Assembly: GCA_021604505.1 (NCBI GenBank)
Contig: BQJC01000001.1
Location: forward strand, 768,218 to 832,217
DNA length: 64,000 nucleotides
From: Nitrospinaceae bacterium
Lineage (GTDB): Bacteria > Nitrospinota > Nitrospinia > Nitrospinales > VA-1
Reading direction: 5' to 3'
The position numbers and the translations under genes were made by a program. Below the pieces are notes generated by a model. The model was given only the letters and a program-made list of their open reading frames with translations, searched no databases and was not told where the DNA came from. Shown here piece after piece: positions 41,282 to 50,415 of this stretch (position 1 is the first letter of the stretch; every line of letters begins with the position of its first letter).

Positions 41282-42712
41282 ATGGCCTTAAACTCCATCC
41301 AGACCCGGTTGACGGCATGGTATGTGGTTTTGCTGGGGATCGTTCTGATCCTGTTCAGCTTCTTTCTATATTATTTTCTCTCACAACGCCTTTACGAAAG
41401 CGTCGACAATTCCCTCAAAGTATCTGCAACCGTTGTGGCCCGCTCGGCGACAATGAAATTCACCCAACCGCCCTTGCCGGGTCTCGAGCAGTTCTTTGAG
41501 CAGTTTCTGGGTTATGGCAATCTGAACAAGTTTTACCGGATCTACGACGGTTCCGGCAACGTCGGTTCCCGTTCCAAAAATGTCGATGCTTCGAAATTTC
41601 CCCTCACCCAACTCGCCTATTCAGATGCCTTAAAAGGCCAGACCACCTACGAGACCTTCAATATCGACGGGATTCATCCGATCCGGGTGATCACCCAACC
41701 TGTTTTGCGGGGCAAGGACCTGGTGAATCTGGTGCAGGTCGGTACATCTCTCGAATCAGTGCGCGAAACCTTGAAAAATCTGAAAATTTTCCTGCTCACC
41801 GCCGTTCCCCTGGTGCTTTTGGCGGCCACCTTATTTGGACGGTTCATAGCGCGGCGCGCGTTGAAACCGGTTTCAAGAATCATTCAGACCGCCCGGGATG
41901 TTGGCGGCGGCGCCGATCTCAGCAAACGCATTCCCGTCCCCGAATTGCAGGACGAAATCGGACAACTGGCCAGAACGTTCAACGACATGATGGACCGTCT
42001 GGAAAGTTCCTTTTCCCAGATCCGGCAGTTCAGCAGTGACGCTTCTCATGAGCTCAGAACGCCACTCACCGTGCTTCAGGGGCAGAATGAACTGATTCTC
42101 AACAAAGAACGGCAAGCCAAGGAGTATCAGGAGGTCATATCCAGCAATCTTGAGGAAATCAATTACATGTCGAAAGTTCTGGAAGACCTGTTTGTGTTGT
42201 CGCGGTCCGATGAAAATCAGGTTCAGCTGGAATGCAAACCCATAAACTTAAGAGAGGTGATCGACGAGGTCTTCAACCACGCACAAGCCCTGGCGAACGA
42301 CAAAAATATTACCATCACCGTCGCTTTCCTGGAGCCGGTCGAAATCAACGGCGACCCGGTGCGGCTCAGGCAGATGGTCTGGAATATTTTGCACAATGCG
42401 ATCAAATACACGCAACCGGGCGGCCAGATAAAGATTTCCCTGGAAGACCAGGAGGACTCCGCTTTTTTGACCATTCAGGATACCGGCCTTGGCATTCCCG
42501 AGGAAGACCTTCCCCATATCTTCAATCGGTTTTTCCGGGTCGATAAAGCCCGGTCACGTCAGGAGGGGGGGAGCGGACTGGGATTGAGTATCTGCAAACA
42601 CATCGTCGAAGCCCATAAAGGCCACATTGAGGTCGAAAGTAAAGTCGGCGCCGGCACCAAATTCAAAATCCGCCTCCCCAAGATTTCCACTCTGAAATCT
42701 TCAAAAGCCTGA
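41282..42712 (+). CDS. Heavy-metal sensor histidine kinase (CusS/CopS-like)
   Basis: The N-terminus SIQTRLTAWY is typical of the family. Also has HAMP, the H-box DASHELRTPL, and G boxes. Confidence 0.85.
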   Translation: MALNSIQTRLTAWYVVLLGIVLILFSFFLYYFLSQRLYESVDNSLKVSATVVARSATMKFTQPPLPGLEQFFEQFLGYGNLNKFYRIYDGSGNVGSRSKNVDASKFPLTQLAYSDALKGQTTYETFNIDGIHPIRVITQPVLRGKDLVNLVQVGTSLESVRETLKNLKIFLLTAVPLVLLAATLFGRFIARRALKPVSRIIQTARDVGGGADLSKRIPVPELQDEIGQLARTFNDMMDRLESSFSQIRQFSSDASHELRTPLTVLQGQNELILNKERQAKEYQEVISSNLEEINYMSKVLEDLFVLSRSDENQVQLECKPINLREVIDEVFNHAQALANDKNITITVAFLEPVEINGDPVRLRQMVWNILHNAIKYTQPGGQIKISLEDQEDSAFLTIQDTGLGIPEEDLPHIFNRFFRVDKARSRQEGGSGLGLSICKHIVEAHKGHIEVESKVGAGTKFKIRLPKISTLKSSKA

Positions 42713-42746
42713 CTTTTCATTCAAAGGCCGGAGGTGCGAATTCACT

Positions 42747-44258
42747 TCAATGAATCTGCACAATCACGTTTTTGACCTGGGTGTAAGATTCCAGGGCGTG
42801 CACTCCCATTTCCCGTCCGTATCCGCTTTGCTTGTACCCGCCAAACGGGGCGGCGGCGTCGAAAATGTTGTGGCAGTTGACCCACACGGTTCCGGCTTTG
42901 AGTCCCTGCGCCACTTTATGGACTTTGTTGATGTCCTGCGTCCACACGCTTGCGGCCAGCCCATAGATGGTGTCGTTGCCGCGGGCGATGACCTCCTCAA
43001 TATCGTCAAAGGGAGAGGCGACGACCACCGGACCGAATATTTCCTCCTGAACGATTTTCATGCTGGTTTCTATATCCGAGAAAACGGTAGGCTCCACATA
43101 ACAGCCACTCTCCATATCTCCACCCGGAGCCTTGCCGCCGGCCATGGCTTTGGCTCCCTGGGACTCTCCGGAACGAATGTAATTTAACACCCGGTCCTGT
43201 TGTTCTCGGGATACCAAAGGACCCATGTCGACATCGGGATGCATTCCAGGCCCGAGTTTGATGTTCTTTGCATGGTCCGAAACGCGCTCCACCAGTTCCT
43301 GGTAGACTTTTTGATGCACCATAAGCCGCGATCCCGCTGCGCAGCATTGGCCGTGGTTGAAGAAAATCGCGCCGGAAACGCCGAGGGCCGCCGTTTCCAG
43401 ATCGGCGTCTGGAAAAACGATGCTCGGAGACTTTCCACCCAACTCCAAAGAGACGCGCTTCAAATTTCCCACAGAGGCCTTGACGATTTCGTGGCCGACT
43501 TCCGTACTTCCAGTAAAAGCCACCTTGTCGACCTGTAGATGTTGCGCGAGGTGTGCCCCGGCGTCGCCAAATCCCGTCACCACGTTGACCACGCCATCCG
43601 GAAACCCGGCTTCTGAAAACAGGCCCGCCAGCATCAATGCGGAAAGAGGCGTTTGCTCCGCCGGTTTCAGGACCACGCAGTTTCCCGCCGCCAGGGCGAC
43701 GCCCAGTTTCCATGCGGCCATGAGCAGGGGAAAATTCCACGGGATGATTTGCCCGACCACACCCATCGGCTCCCTCAACGTGAAATCAAAGAAATGGCCG
43801 CCGGGAGCGTAGGGAACCGAAAGGTCGATGGTCTCGCCGTGTATTTTTGTGGCCAGCCCGGCATAATAACGGAAATGATCGATGGTGAGCGGCACGTCCG
43901 CAACAGTGGCTATTTTCAGAGGTTTGCCGTTGTCCAGAGTTTCCAGCTGGGCAAACTCCTCGGTTCTCTCTTCGATGAGGTCCGCCAGTTTCCAAAGCAG
44001 TTTTCCGCGTTCCGAGGCGGTGATTTTTCTCCAGGGCCCGGAGTCAAAAGCCTTGCGGGCGGCGCTCACGGCACGATCGATATCTTCCTTCCCGCCTTTC
44101 GGTACCCGGCATAACACCGCATTGTTTGAGGGGTCGACAGTTTCAAAGGTTTCACCGCTGGCCGCATCGACGCGTTTTCCGTCGATCAACAACTTTTGCG
44201 GAGTGCCTAAAAATGTTTGAGTGGCGCTGGACGGTTCCTGCATGGTGGCGCTGGTCAT
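42747..44258 (-). CDS. NAD(P)-dependent aldehyde dehydrogenase
   Basis: Contains FTGST.VG, ELGGKSP, and the catalytic Cys in GQCCAAGSR. The ATG at 44258 has RBS AGGGAG. Confidence 0.9.
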   Translation of the reverse strand: MTSATMQEPSSATQTFLGTPQKLLIDGKRVDAASGETFETVDPSNNAVLCRVPKGGKEDIDRAVSAARKAFDSGPWRKITASERGKLLWKLADLIEERTEEFAQLETLDNGKPLKIATVADVPLTIDHFRYYAGLATKIHGETIDLSVPYAPGGHFFDFTLREPMGVVGQIIPWNFPLLMAAWKLGVALAAGNCVVLKPAEQTPLSALMLAGLFSEAGFPDGVVNVVTGFGDAGAHLAQHLQVDKVAFTGSTEVGHEIVKASVGNLKRVSLELGGKSPSIVFPDADLETAALGVSGAIFFNHGQCCAAGSRLMVHQKVYQELVERVSDHAKNIKLGPGMHPDVDMGPLVSREQQDRVLNYIRSGESQGAKAMAGGKAPGGDMESGCYVEPTVFSDIETSMKIVQEEIFGPVVVASPFDDIEEVIARGNDTIYGLAASVWTQDINKVHKVAQGLKAGTVWVNCHNIFDAAAPFGGYKQSGYGREMGVHALESYTQVKNVIVQIH

Positions 44259-44476
44259 GATGGATCTCCCTTTGTTAGCCAAAAAAGGACAAATGCTTCC
44301 AGAGAATCATTCATGAAATGATCCCCAAAGTCATGGATTTAAAAAAACGAAAACAGGTACCCATATTATAGGCAAAACCCGAAATTCAGGCCAGATCAAA
44401 TTCGCCAGAATGAAAAGGGTGATTGTGTCTGGAGTTTTTGAAAATGCAGGCCATCCAAGGGGAATGGTTGACCGGG

Positions 44477-45247
44477 CTATTTGGGAAGGGTGGGTTCGGC
44501 GCAGGTCACATAAACTTTCAAATCGATGGGTTTGGAGCTCTTGTTGTTGACCAGGGAGGTTTCCCATGAATTGATGTTCGATGGATAATTGCTCTCAACG
44601 GAACATCCTGAACATCCTGTGGATTTGTACCCTCCGCCCAGCAAAATTTTTCCGGGCGAACAGCTCATCAACACGGATCTCTTTTGCCCAGGGGCGATTT
44701 TGAAACTTTTACTCTCCAGCATTTCCCAGCCCGACACTCCATTGAGAGCGGACGATTTGCCGGCGATCTGCTTTCCGGGAGGGCCCTTGAGGCCGATCGG
44801 CCCTTGCAATCCCCGCGGGCCCATGGGTCCGGGAATTCCTGGTTCGCCTGGGTCGCCTTTATCGCCCTTGGGGCCAGGCAATCCTTTGATTTGCCCCTTG
44901 GAAATCATTTCCGTTAGAGCGGCATTTACGGTTTTCGCATCGATTTTTGGATTTTTGTTGGCGGTTTGTTGTTTTTTTGATATGGATTGGATTTCACTTT
45001 GGAGCGCTTTTTCAACTTTATGATTCAAGAAATCTGAGTACGTTAAATATCCCAAAGTAAGGGCGGCTCCAAAAACGAAACACAGGGTGACTATGAATAA
45101 GTCCAAAAAGGCAAAACTAAACCCTTCCTTTTCAGGCGGTGGCGGTAGATATTGCTTCTTTTCCATCGGGTCGCCCATTTTTTTCATGGCGGGTTCTGCC
45201 TCATAATTTTTTGAAGGGACCCATTTTTTCTTTGCGTATTTGTTCAT
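44477..45247 (-). CDS. Membrane-anchored protein with a collagen-like Gly-X-Y repeat and a Cys-containing C-terminal globular domain
   Basis: Has a TM segment ([24 protein letters not shown]) and 12 uninterrupted GXY triplets encoded at 44774-44884. Confidence 0.7.
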   Translation of the reverse strand: MNKYAKKKWVPSKNYEAEPAMKKMGDPMEKKQYLPPPPEKEGFSFAFLDLFIVTLCFVFGAALTLGYLTYSDFLNHKVEKALQSEIQSISKKQQTANKNPKIDAKTVNAALTEMISKGQIKGLPGPKGDKGDPGEPGIPGPMGPRGLQGPIGLKGPPGKQIAGKSSALNGVSGWEMLESKSFKIAPGQKRSVLMSCSPGKILLGGGYKSTGCSGCSVESNYPSNINSWETSLVNNKSSKPIDLKVYVTCAEPTLPK

Positions 45248-45294
45248 TGTTTATCGTTTCAAAATAGCAAACCAGATCAAGCTCCTTTCCGGTG

Positions 45295-46419
45295 TTAATT
45301 TTTATTCAACGGAAAGGAGACGATCATGCCTCCCATTAAATCATCCAGTTGAAAATCCCGTTTAGGGCTTTTGGGATGGGCGTTGTGGCAGTCCACACAC
45401 GCCTTACTCACAGCAAAATCCGGATAAACCGCCTGAAAATAGGTCGATCTTCCGCGCTTCAATTTGCCCATATAAGGCCGCAGTGGGTCGATGTTTACAG
45501 CCACCAGGGCGTTGCGTTCAAACTCATTTGCGGCGCTGTTATTGAAACTGATCGGCCAGAGGCTGATCAGTCTCAAATTCAATCCCGCCTTATTTTTTCT
45601 CGCCAAAAGGCCCGTATTCAATAAATATTGCGCCGGTAAAGGAAGCGCGTTTTCGTCCGCCCAGGCTTCCTTGGTTTCAACCTTATTAAGAGTCTTCATG
45701 CGTTTTACGATGAATTTGGTGTAAACGAAACGGTCGGATTCTAAAACCGCATGCAGGTAGTCAGACACGATCGGCGAAGGAACCGCAAATACATCGTTTT
45801 CCGTTGAGATTCCCTGCTCATTCAGTGGCACGTGGCTGAGCGGAATATTGATTAAAATTCCTCCCAGCACGCTTCCCATTTTGAAATCTTTTTTGGGCGA
45901 CTTTGGATGGGCGTTGTGACATTGAAAGCAGGATTCCGCAGTGGCTGTGTCCGGGTAAAGCGCCTTAAAATTCCATCTCCCGCGCTTTTTTTCCACCCAC
46001 GTGAACGGTTTTTTCGTGTCATTGGTGAGGCTGCGAAGCCCCAGTGTCTCCAGGTCCGATCGCGGTAAATTCCGGGTGTTGATCGGCGTCAAGCTCACCA
46101 GCCGGATTTTTAATCCTATCCCCAGATCGTTGGAGTGCTGGGCGGAAAGCTTTAGAAATTGCGCCGGGAGCGGAAGAGCGTTCTCCTTTTCCCAGTTTTC
46201 TGAGGTTTTTAATGAAATCGCTTTATTCAGACGTCCGACAATTTGTTTGGAATAAAACTCGCGGCTGGCAACGATCACCGAGTGGATATAATCCGTTGCC
46301 ACCTTGGCGGGAATGTCGTCTGCGCTCTGGCCTTCAGCGGTTGGAACCAAAACAGGATGGCCACAAACAAATAACGTAAAAACAAAAATGGATAAAGCTT
46401 GAAGCGTCGGTCGTTTCAT
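45295..46419 (-). CDS. Secreted di-haem c-type protein made of two tandem Tll0287-like (DUF3365) modules
   Basis: Has a signal peptide and two CxxCH motifs (CFQCHNAHPKSPKKDF and CVDCHNAHPKSPKRDF), one closing each half of an internally duplicated sequence. Confidence 0.75.
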   Translation of the reverse strand: MKRPTLQALSIFVFTLFVCGHPVLVPTAEGQSADDIPAKVATDYIHSVIVASREFYSKQIVGRLNKAISLKTSENWEKENALPLPAQFLKLSAQHSNDLGIGLKIRLVSLTPINTRNLPRSDLETLGLRSLTNDTKKPFTWVEKKRGRWNFKALYPDTATAESCFQCHNAHPKSPKKDFKMGSVLGGILINIPLSHVPLNEQGISTENDVFAVPSPIVSDYLHAVLESDRFVYTKFIVKRMKTLNKVETKEAWADENALPLPAQYLLNTGLLARKNKAGLNLRLISLWPISFNNSAANEFERNALVAVNIDPLRPYMGKLKRGRSTYFQAVYPDFAVSKACVDCHNAHPKSPKRDFQLDDLMGGMIVSFPLNKN

Positions 46420-46794
46420 AACAACCCCCGGGTTTGGGACATTTTAGGACGGTGTTGATTGCTTTAAACTTTACGCCCAGATGAACCAAAAATAAAATTA
46501 ATATCCTGTGATTTTGGTCACAAAAAATGAACTTTAATCATTAAATAAATGCAAAATTTGCACCAATTCAGTGCCCCGGGAATTCAAAGGTTTTACTTTT
46601 CAGGAATGGCAGATTTTGTTTCGAGTTGCGAAAAATCAGACAGGCTAATATAAAGTGAGACAAAAAGAGTCGCTGATTGGATTGCCCGCTGATCCGGGTG
46701 AAGAGGACGGGGTTTGAATGATTGGAAGTTTATAAAGAAGGCAAGGATGTTGGCGCGAAAGCGGGGTTGGCGGGTTTTGCTCTCTCGCGGGAAA

Positions 46795-47250
46795 TTATTG
46801 AATCCATACCAGAGGAAGGTGAACCCAGCCGCGGTCGCCGGCGCTATCCTCTATTTGGACCCATTTCCCTTTAGTTTGCAGGACCTTCATGGAAAAGTAT
46901 TTGTCCACGGGACTCCACGAGAGTTGCTCGTGTTTGGTTCCGGGGCCTTTTCGCAAATTGGTTTTGTTATCCTTGATGACCGCGCATTTGAATTTTTTGG
47001 TGGTCAGTTTTTTATGCACCCAGTAAATATCCCCATCGACATCCTGAACCCGGTACCAGTCTCCCTTTTTCTTGAGTTCCTTGAAGGGCATGTATTTAAA
47101 AACCTGCCACAGTTTTTCATAATGGGTGCCGGGTCCTTGCCTGAGGTTGGCGGTGTTGTTGTTAATGCATAGAGCTTCCGCCTTGGATTGTGGAAAAAGA
47201 AAAAGGCCCGAAAATAGAATGAAAAAAATAATGGGGAACGATTTGGTCAT
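46795..47250 (-). CDS. Secreted protein with two bacterial SH3 domains
   Basis: Has a signal peptide and two copies of the N.R.GPGT.....W........K.G.W..V pattern. The start is uncertain (ATG 47250 or TTG 47286). Confidence 0.7.
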   Translation of the reverse strand: MTKSFPIIFFILFSGLFLFPQSKAEALCINNNTANLRQGPGTHYEKLWQVFKYMPFKELKKKGDWYRVQDVDGDIYWVHKKLTTKKFKCAVIKDNKTNLRKGPGTKHEQLSWSPVDKYFSMKVLQTKGKWVQIEDSAGDRGWVHLPLVWIQ

Positions 47251-47577
47251 TTTTTTGGAATTTAAGAGAAAAGGTTGCCGATGCAAAACGATGGATTAAA
47301 AAACTTCTGAAAAAAGCCCGGAGAACAACAGGAGTATCTAATAATGCTTGAAGTCAGAATCGAGGAAAGTGACGGGCTTTATTTCAGGATTTTAAGTTTG
47401 AAAAACCAGAAGAAAAACTTTAAATTATTTAACTTAGTCAATTATATCAAATATTTCCAGGGAAATCCCGTTTTCTTTTTGAGCCGCTTTTCCTAAATTA
47501 TATCACGGGTGTTACTTATGTCATACCAGCATGGAATCCTTCCGCCAATACAAAAAAAGGAATGAAAAGGTGGCATT

Positions 47578-48711
47578 TTGATTTTCCTGATCACGGGGCT
47601 TCAGTTAATTTTGGTTTCCGGCGTGGTCCTATATTTGACCCTTAATCTCATTCATCTGGTTCGAGTGGAATCGGTGCGCGGACCGTTGCGTTCATCCCCC
47701 TTTCTTTCAGTATGTGTCCCGGCCCGCGACGAAGCGCGTGACATCAAAGCCTGCCTCACCTCTCTGCTGAACCAGGAGTACCCCCATTTTGAAGTGATTG
47801 TCGTAGACGACCATTCGACCGACGGTACGGGAGACATCATTGAGTCTCTCGCCACTGAGTTTCCCAATCTAATTCACCTTGAAGGTCAGGCATTGCCCTC
47901 CGGTTGGCTGGGAAAGCCCTTCGCCCTGCATCAGGCGGTTCGGAAAGCCAAGGGAGAGGTTTTGATTTTCACCGACGCCGATCCTGTTTTTCAGCCTCAT
48001 GCCCTGACCAGCGCGGTTCATGCCATGACCACGAAAGATCTCGATATGATGACGCTGATGCCGGGAACGGAGTTCGTGTCGTTCTGGGAGCGGGCGGTTC
48101 AGCCGGTGGTATTCGCTTTCATCGCCGCGCTCAGCCGCTTTAAAAAGATCAACAGCCCGAATTCCACCAGCGCCATGGGCTTTGGTGCGTTCATCATGGT
48201 CAACAAGAAAGTTTACGAACGCATCGGCGGTCATGAGAGCGTTAAGGGAGAGGTGTTGGAAGATGTCATGCTGGCCAAAACCGCAAAAAGGGCAGGGTGC
48301 AAACTGCTGGCGGCAGATGCCAAATCGATTTTTTCGATCCGCATGTATCATAGTTTGCGGGAAATCTGGACCGGGTGGCGAAAAAATATTTTCATCGCCA
48401 TGAAAAAGTCAGTTTTACGCACCCTGTACTATATTTGCATGATCCTCGGGTTCTTGGTGACCCCGAATCTGGTTTTACTATGGAATATTTTTGAGGCAAC
48501 GGGGATCATAGCTTCCGGAATGGCCCTGATTTCCTTCCTGATGATGGCGGGAACTTCCATCCACTTGTGCGATGAAATCCGGCTTGAGCGTTGGAACGCG
48601 TTTCTTTTCCCCCTGGGCGCTTTTATAATGACAGCGATCATGCTGAACTCCATGTTTCAAGTTCTTTTTAACAAGCAAACCGAATGGCGGGGGAGAAATT
48701 ACCCCGCCTGA
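47578..48711 (+). CDS. Family-2 glycosyltransferase, membrane-integrated (CrtQ / ceramide-glucosyltransferase-like architecture)
   Basis: Has an N-terminal TM segment, VCVPARDE...VIVVDD.STDGT, the DAD motif in FTDADP, C-terminal TM segments, and ends in EWRGRNY. Confidence 0.8.
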   Translation: MIFLITGLQLILVSGVVLYLTLNLIHLVRVESVRGPLRSSPFLSVCVPARDEARDIKACLTSLLNQEYPHFEVIVVDDHSTDGTGDIIESLATEFPNLIHLEGQALPSGWLGKPFALHQAVRKAKGEVLIFTDADPVFQPHALTSAVHAMTTKDLDMMTLMPGTEFVSFWERAVQPVVFAFIAALSRFKKINSPNSTSAMGFGAFIMVNKKVYERIGGHESVKGEVLEDVMLAKTAKRAGCKLLAADAKSIFSIRMYHSLREIWTGWRKNIFIAMKKSVLRTLYYICMILGFLVTPNLVLLWNIFEATGIIASGMALISFLMMAGTSIHLCDEIRLERWNAFLFPLGAFIMTAIMLNSMFQVLFNKQTEWRGRNYPA

Positions 48712-49644
48712 ATGGTCCTTATGGAAAATTACCCGCGTTTATTCATTAAAGCCGGACTGATCTACGCTCTGATCGGTGCGGTTCTGGGGATGGCGATGGC
48801 CATCGAACCTTCTCTTTCGGGCCGAATCCGCTTCGTCCACATCCACCTGAATCTCCTGGGGTTCATGACCATGTTTGTGGCCGGTGTCGCGTTTCATGTT
48901 CTGCCCCGTTTCAACGCCCGTCCCGTTCCCTGGCCGGAAGGCGTCAAATACCAGTTCTACCTGCAAAACATCGGGCTGATCGGGATGATGGCAATGCATG
49001 TCTCAGGCGTGGCGTGGAAAGGCGGCGGGTTCCGTGCGCTTTTTATCCTGTTCGCGGTTTCCGCGGGAATCGCCATCTTTTTCATGTTCTACAACCTTTA
49101 TTTTGTTCTTTCACCCGCCAAATCTTCGGAGCCGCCTGGCGAAATCACCAAAGACATGAAAGTGGCGGCGGTACTCGATCAATTCCCGCAGACCATGCCC
49201 GTGTTCATGCAAAACGGGTTCACGTCGCTCGCCAACCCCGCCGCAAGAAGGACGTTCGCCAAAGTCGTCAGCATCGAAAAAGCCTGCGAGAAACACGATG
49301 TCGATTGCGCCGAGTTTTTAACTAAGATAAACGCGGTCCTCTCCGGCAAGCCGCAATCGCCGTCTCCCGCCACCCCCGCCCCTGCGCAGAGGGATAAACC
49401 CGCCGGTAAAGAGATTCAGAAAGGCGAAACCTGCCAGGCGGACACGAGGGTAGGAAGCTTGATCAAAGCCTATCCCGAAACCAAGCCCGTTTTTGAAAAA
49501 CATTACGGCGAAGGCTGTTTCTCCTGCCCCGGTCAGGTGTTTGAGACCGTCCAGGAAACCGCCCACATGCACAACATCGATCCCGGTCTCATTCTCAACG
49601 AGATCAACCAGGTGATTGCAGAGAAAACCAGAAAACAAATCTGA
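48712..49644 (+). CDS. Fusion protein: 4-TM His-containing membrane domain plus two DUF1858 (hybrid-cluster-protein-associated redox disulfide-type) domains
   Basis: The ATG directly abuts the GT2 gene's TGA stop. The domain motifs are VLDQFPQTMPVFMQNGF and IKAYPETKPVFEKHYGEGCFSCPG. Confidence 0.7.
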   Translation: MVLMENYPRLFIKAGLIYALIGAVLGMAMAIEPSLSGRIRFVHIHLNLLGFMTMFVAGVAFHVLPRFNARPVPWPEGVKYQFYLQNIGLIGMMAMHVSGVAWKGGGFRALFILFAVSAGIAIFFMFYNLYFVLSPAKSSEPPGEITKDMKVAAVLDQFPQTMPVFMQNGFTSLANPAARRTFAKVVSIEKACEKHDVDCAEFLTKINAVLSGKPQSPSPATPAPAQRDKPAGKEIQKGETCQADTRVGSLIKAYPETKPVFEKHYGEGCFSCPGQVFETVQETAHMHNIDPGLILNEINQVIAEKTRKQI

Positions 49645-49681
49645 CAGGATTAACAGGGCGAAAAATCCCCCCTCACCTTAA

Positions 49682-49703
49682 TCCTCTCCCCCAAGGGGGA
49701 GAG
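49682..49703 (+). terminator. GC-rich hairpin downstream of the 48712-49644 gene (no clear T-tract)
   Basis: The sequence CCTCTCCCCC-AA-GGGGGAGAGG is a perfect palindrome. Confidence 0.35.
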
Positions 49704-49715
49704 GGGGCATATGTT

Positions 49716-49777
49716 TGTCATTGCGAGCTTAATCCAGAAACCACTGGATCGCCGCGCCGCTTTGCGGCTCGCGATGA
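49716..49777. repeat. Nested palindromic intergenic element (REP/MITE-like)
   Basis: Outer arms GTCATTGCGAGC and GCTCGCGATGAC (one mismatch) enclose the inner hairpin ATCCAG-aaacca-CTGGAT. Confidence 0.4.
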
Positions 49778-49846
49778 CGATCAGGGTAGCATTTTCACTC
49801 ATCTGTTTTATTTGTGATTCCTTTCCGGTAGAAAAGCCTTTCAGAA

Positions 49847-50182
49847 TTGCAAAAGGGTAGAGCGGTGGAAAAAGAATCTTTCAAGGAATTCGTTCTCGAT
49901 CAATTGCATCTGTTGGAGCGGGTCGACTGCAAGGCCATGTTCGGCGGCTACGGTCTTTATCAAGCCGGTGCATTCTTCGCGATCATCGCCGATGGCCGGC
50001 TTTATTTTAAGACGGGTGAAGCCACCGTTTCCGACTACCTCGACCGGGACATGAAACCCTTTCAACCCAATTCCAAGCAGACCCTGAAGAATTATTACGA
50101 AGTGCCCGCGGAGATTCTGGAGGATGACGAGCAACTCGCAATGTGGGCTCGGAAAGCGGTTGCTGTAACAAGACAGTTGTAA
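49847..50182 (+). CDS. TfoX N-terminal-domain protein
   Basis: Contains KAMFGGYGLY..G.FFAII.DG.LYFK. The start may be TTG 49847 or GTG 49865. Confidence 0.72.
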   Translation: MQKGRAVEKESFKEFVLDQLHLLERVDCKAMFGGYGLYQAGAFFAIIADGRLYFKTGEATVSDYLDRDMKPFQPNSKQTLKNYYEVPAEILEDDEQLAMWARKAVAVTRQL

Positions 50183-50415
50183 TAATTCGGACTTTATCTG
50201 ATTAAAGTGTTGCGTTGACCGGTTGAAGTCACAACCCAAAGCGGACGTTGGTTGGTTACGAGGAATAGAATCATAGTTTATACCAATGGCATCTATAGAA
50301 TGTTGTCTACGAATAACCACTCATTAGGGTATCACCCATGCCTAAACTATTAGGCTTTTAAATTGTGAAAAATCTGATTTTAATAATTTAAATGAAAATA
50401 TTTGAGGTTTTTATA

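Noticed and set aside
43006-43740. A 244-aa minus-strand out-of-frame ORF and several plus-strand ORFs within the aldehyde dehydrogenase gene
   Set aside because: The aldehyde dehydrogenase frame contains the canonical catalytic motifs. The alternative frames are R/G/P-rich with no motif.
49841-50320. A 159-aa minus-strand ORF overlapping the tfoX-like gene
   Set aside because: It lies opposite a frame with clear TfoX_N motifs, has no motif of its own, and runs into the AT-rich intergenic region.
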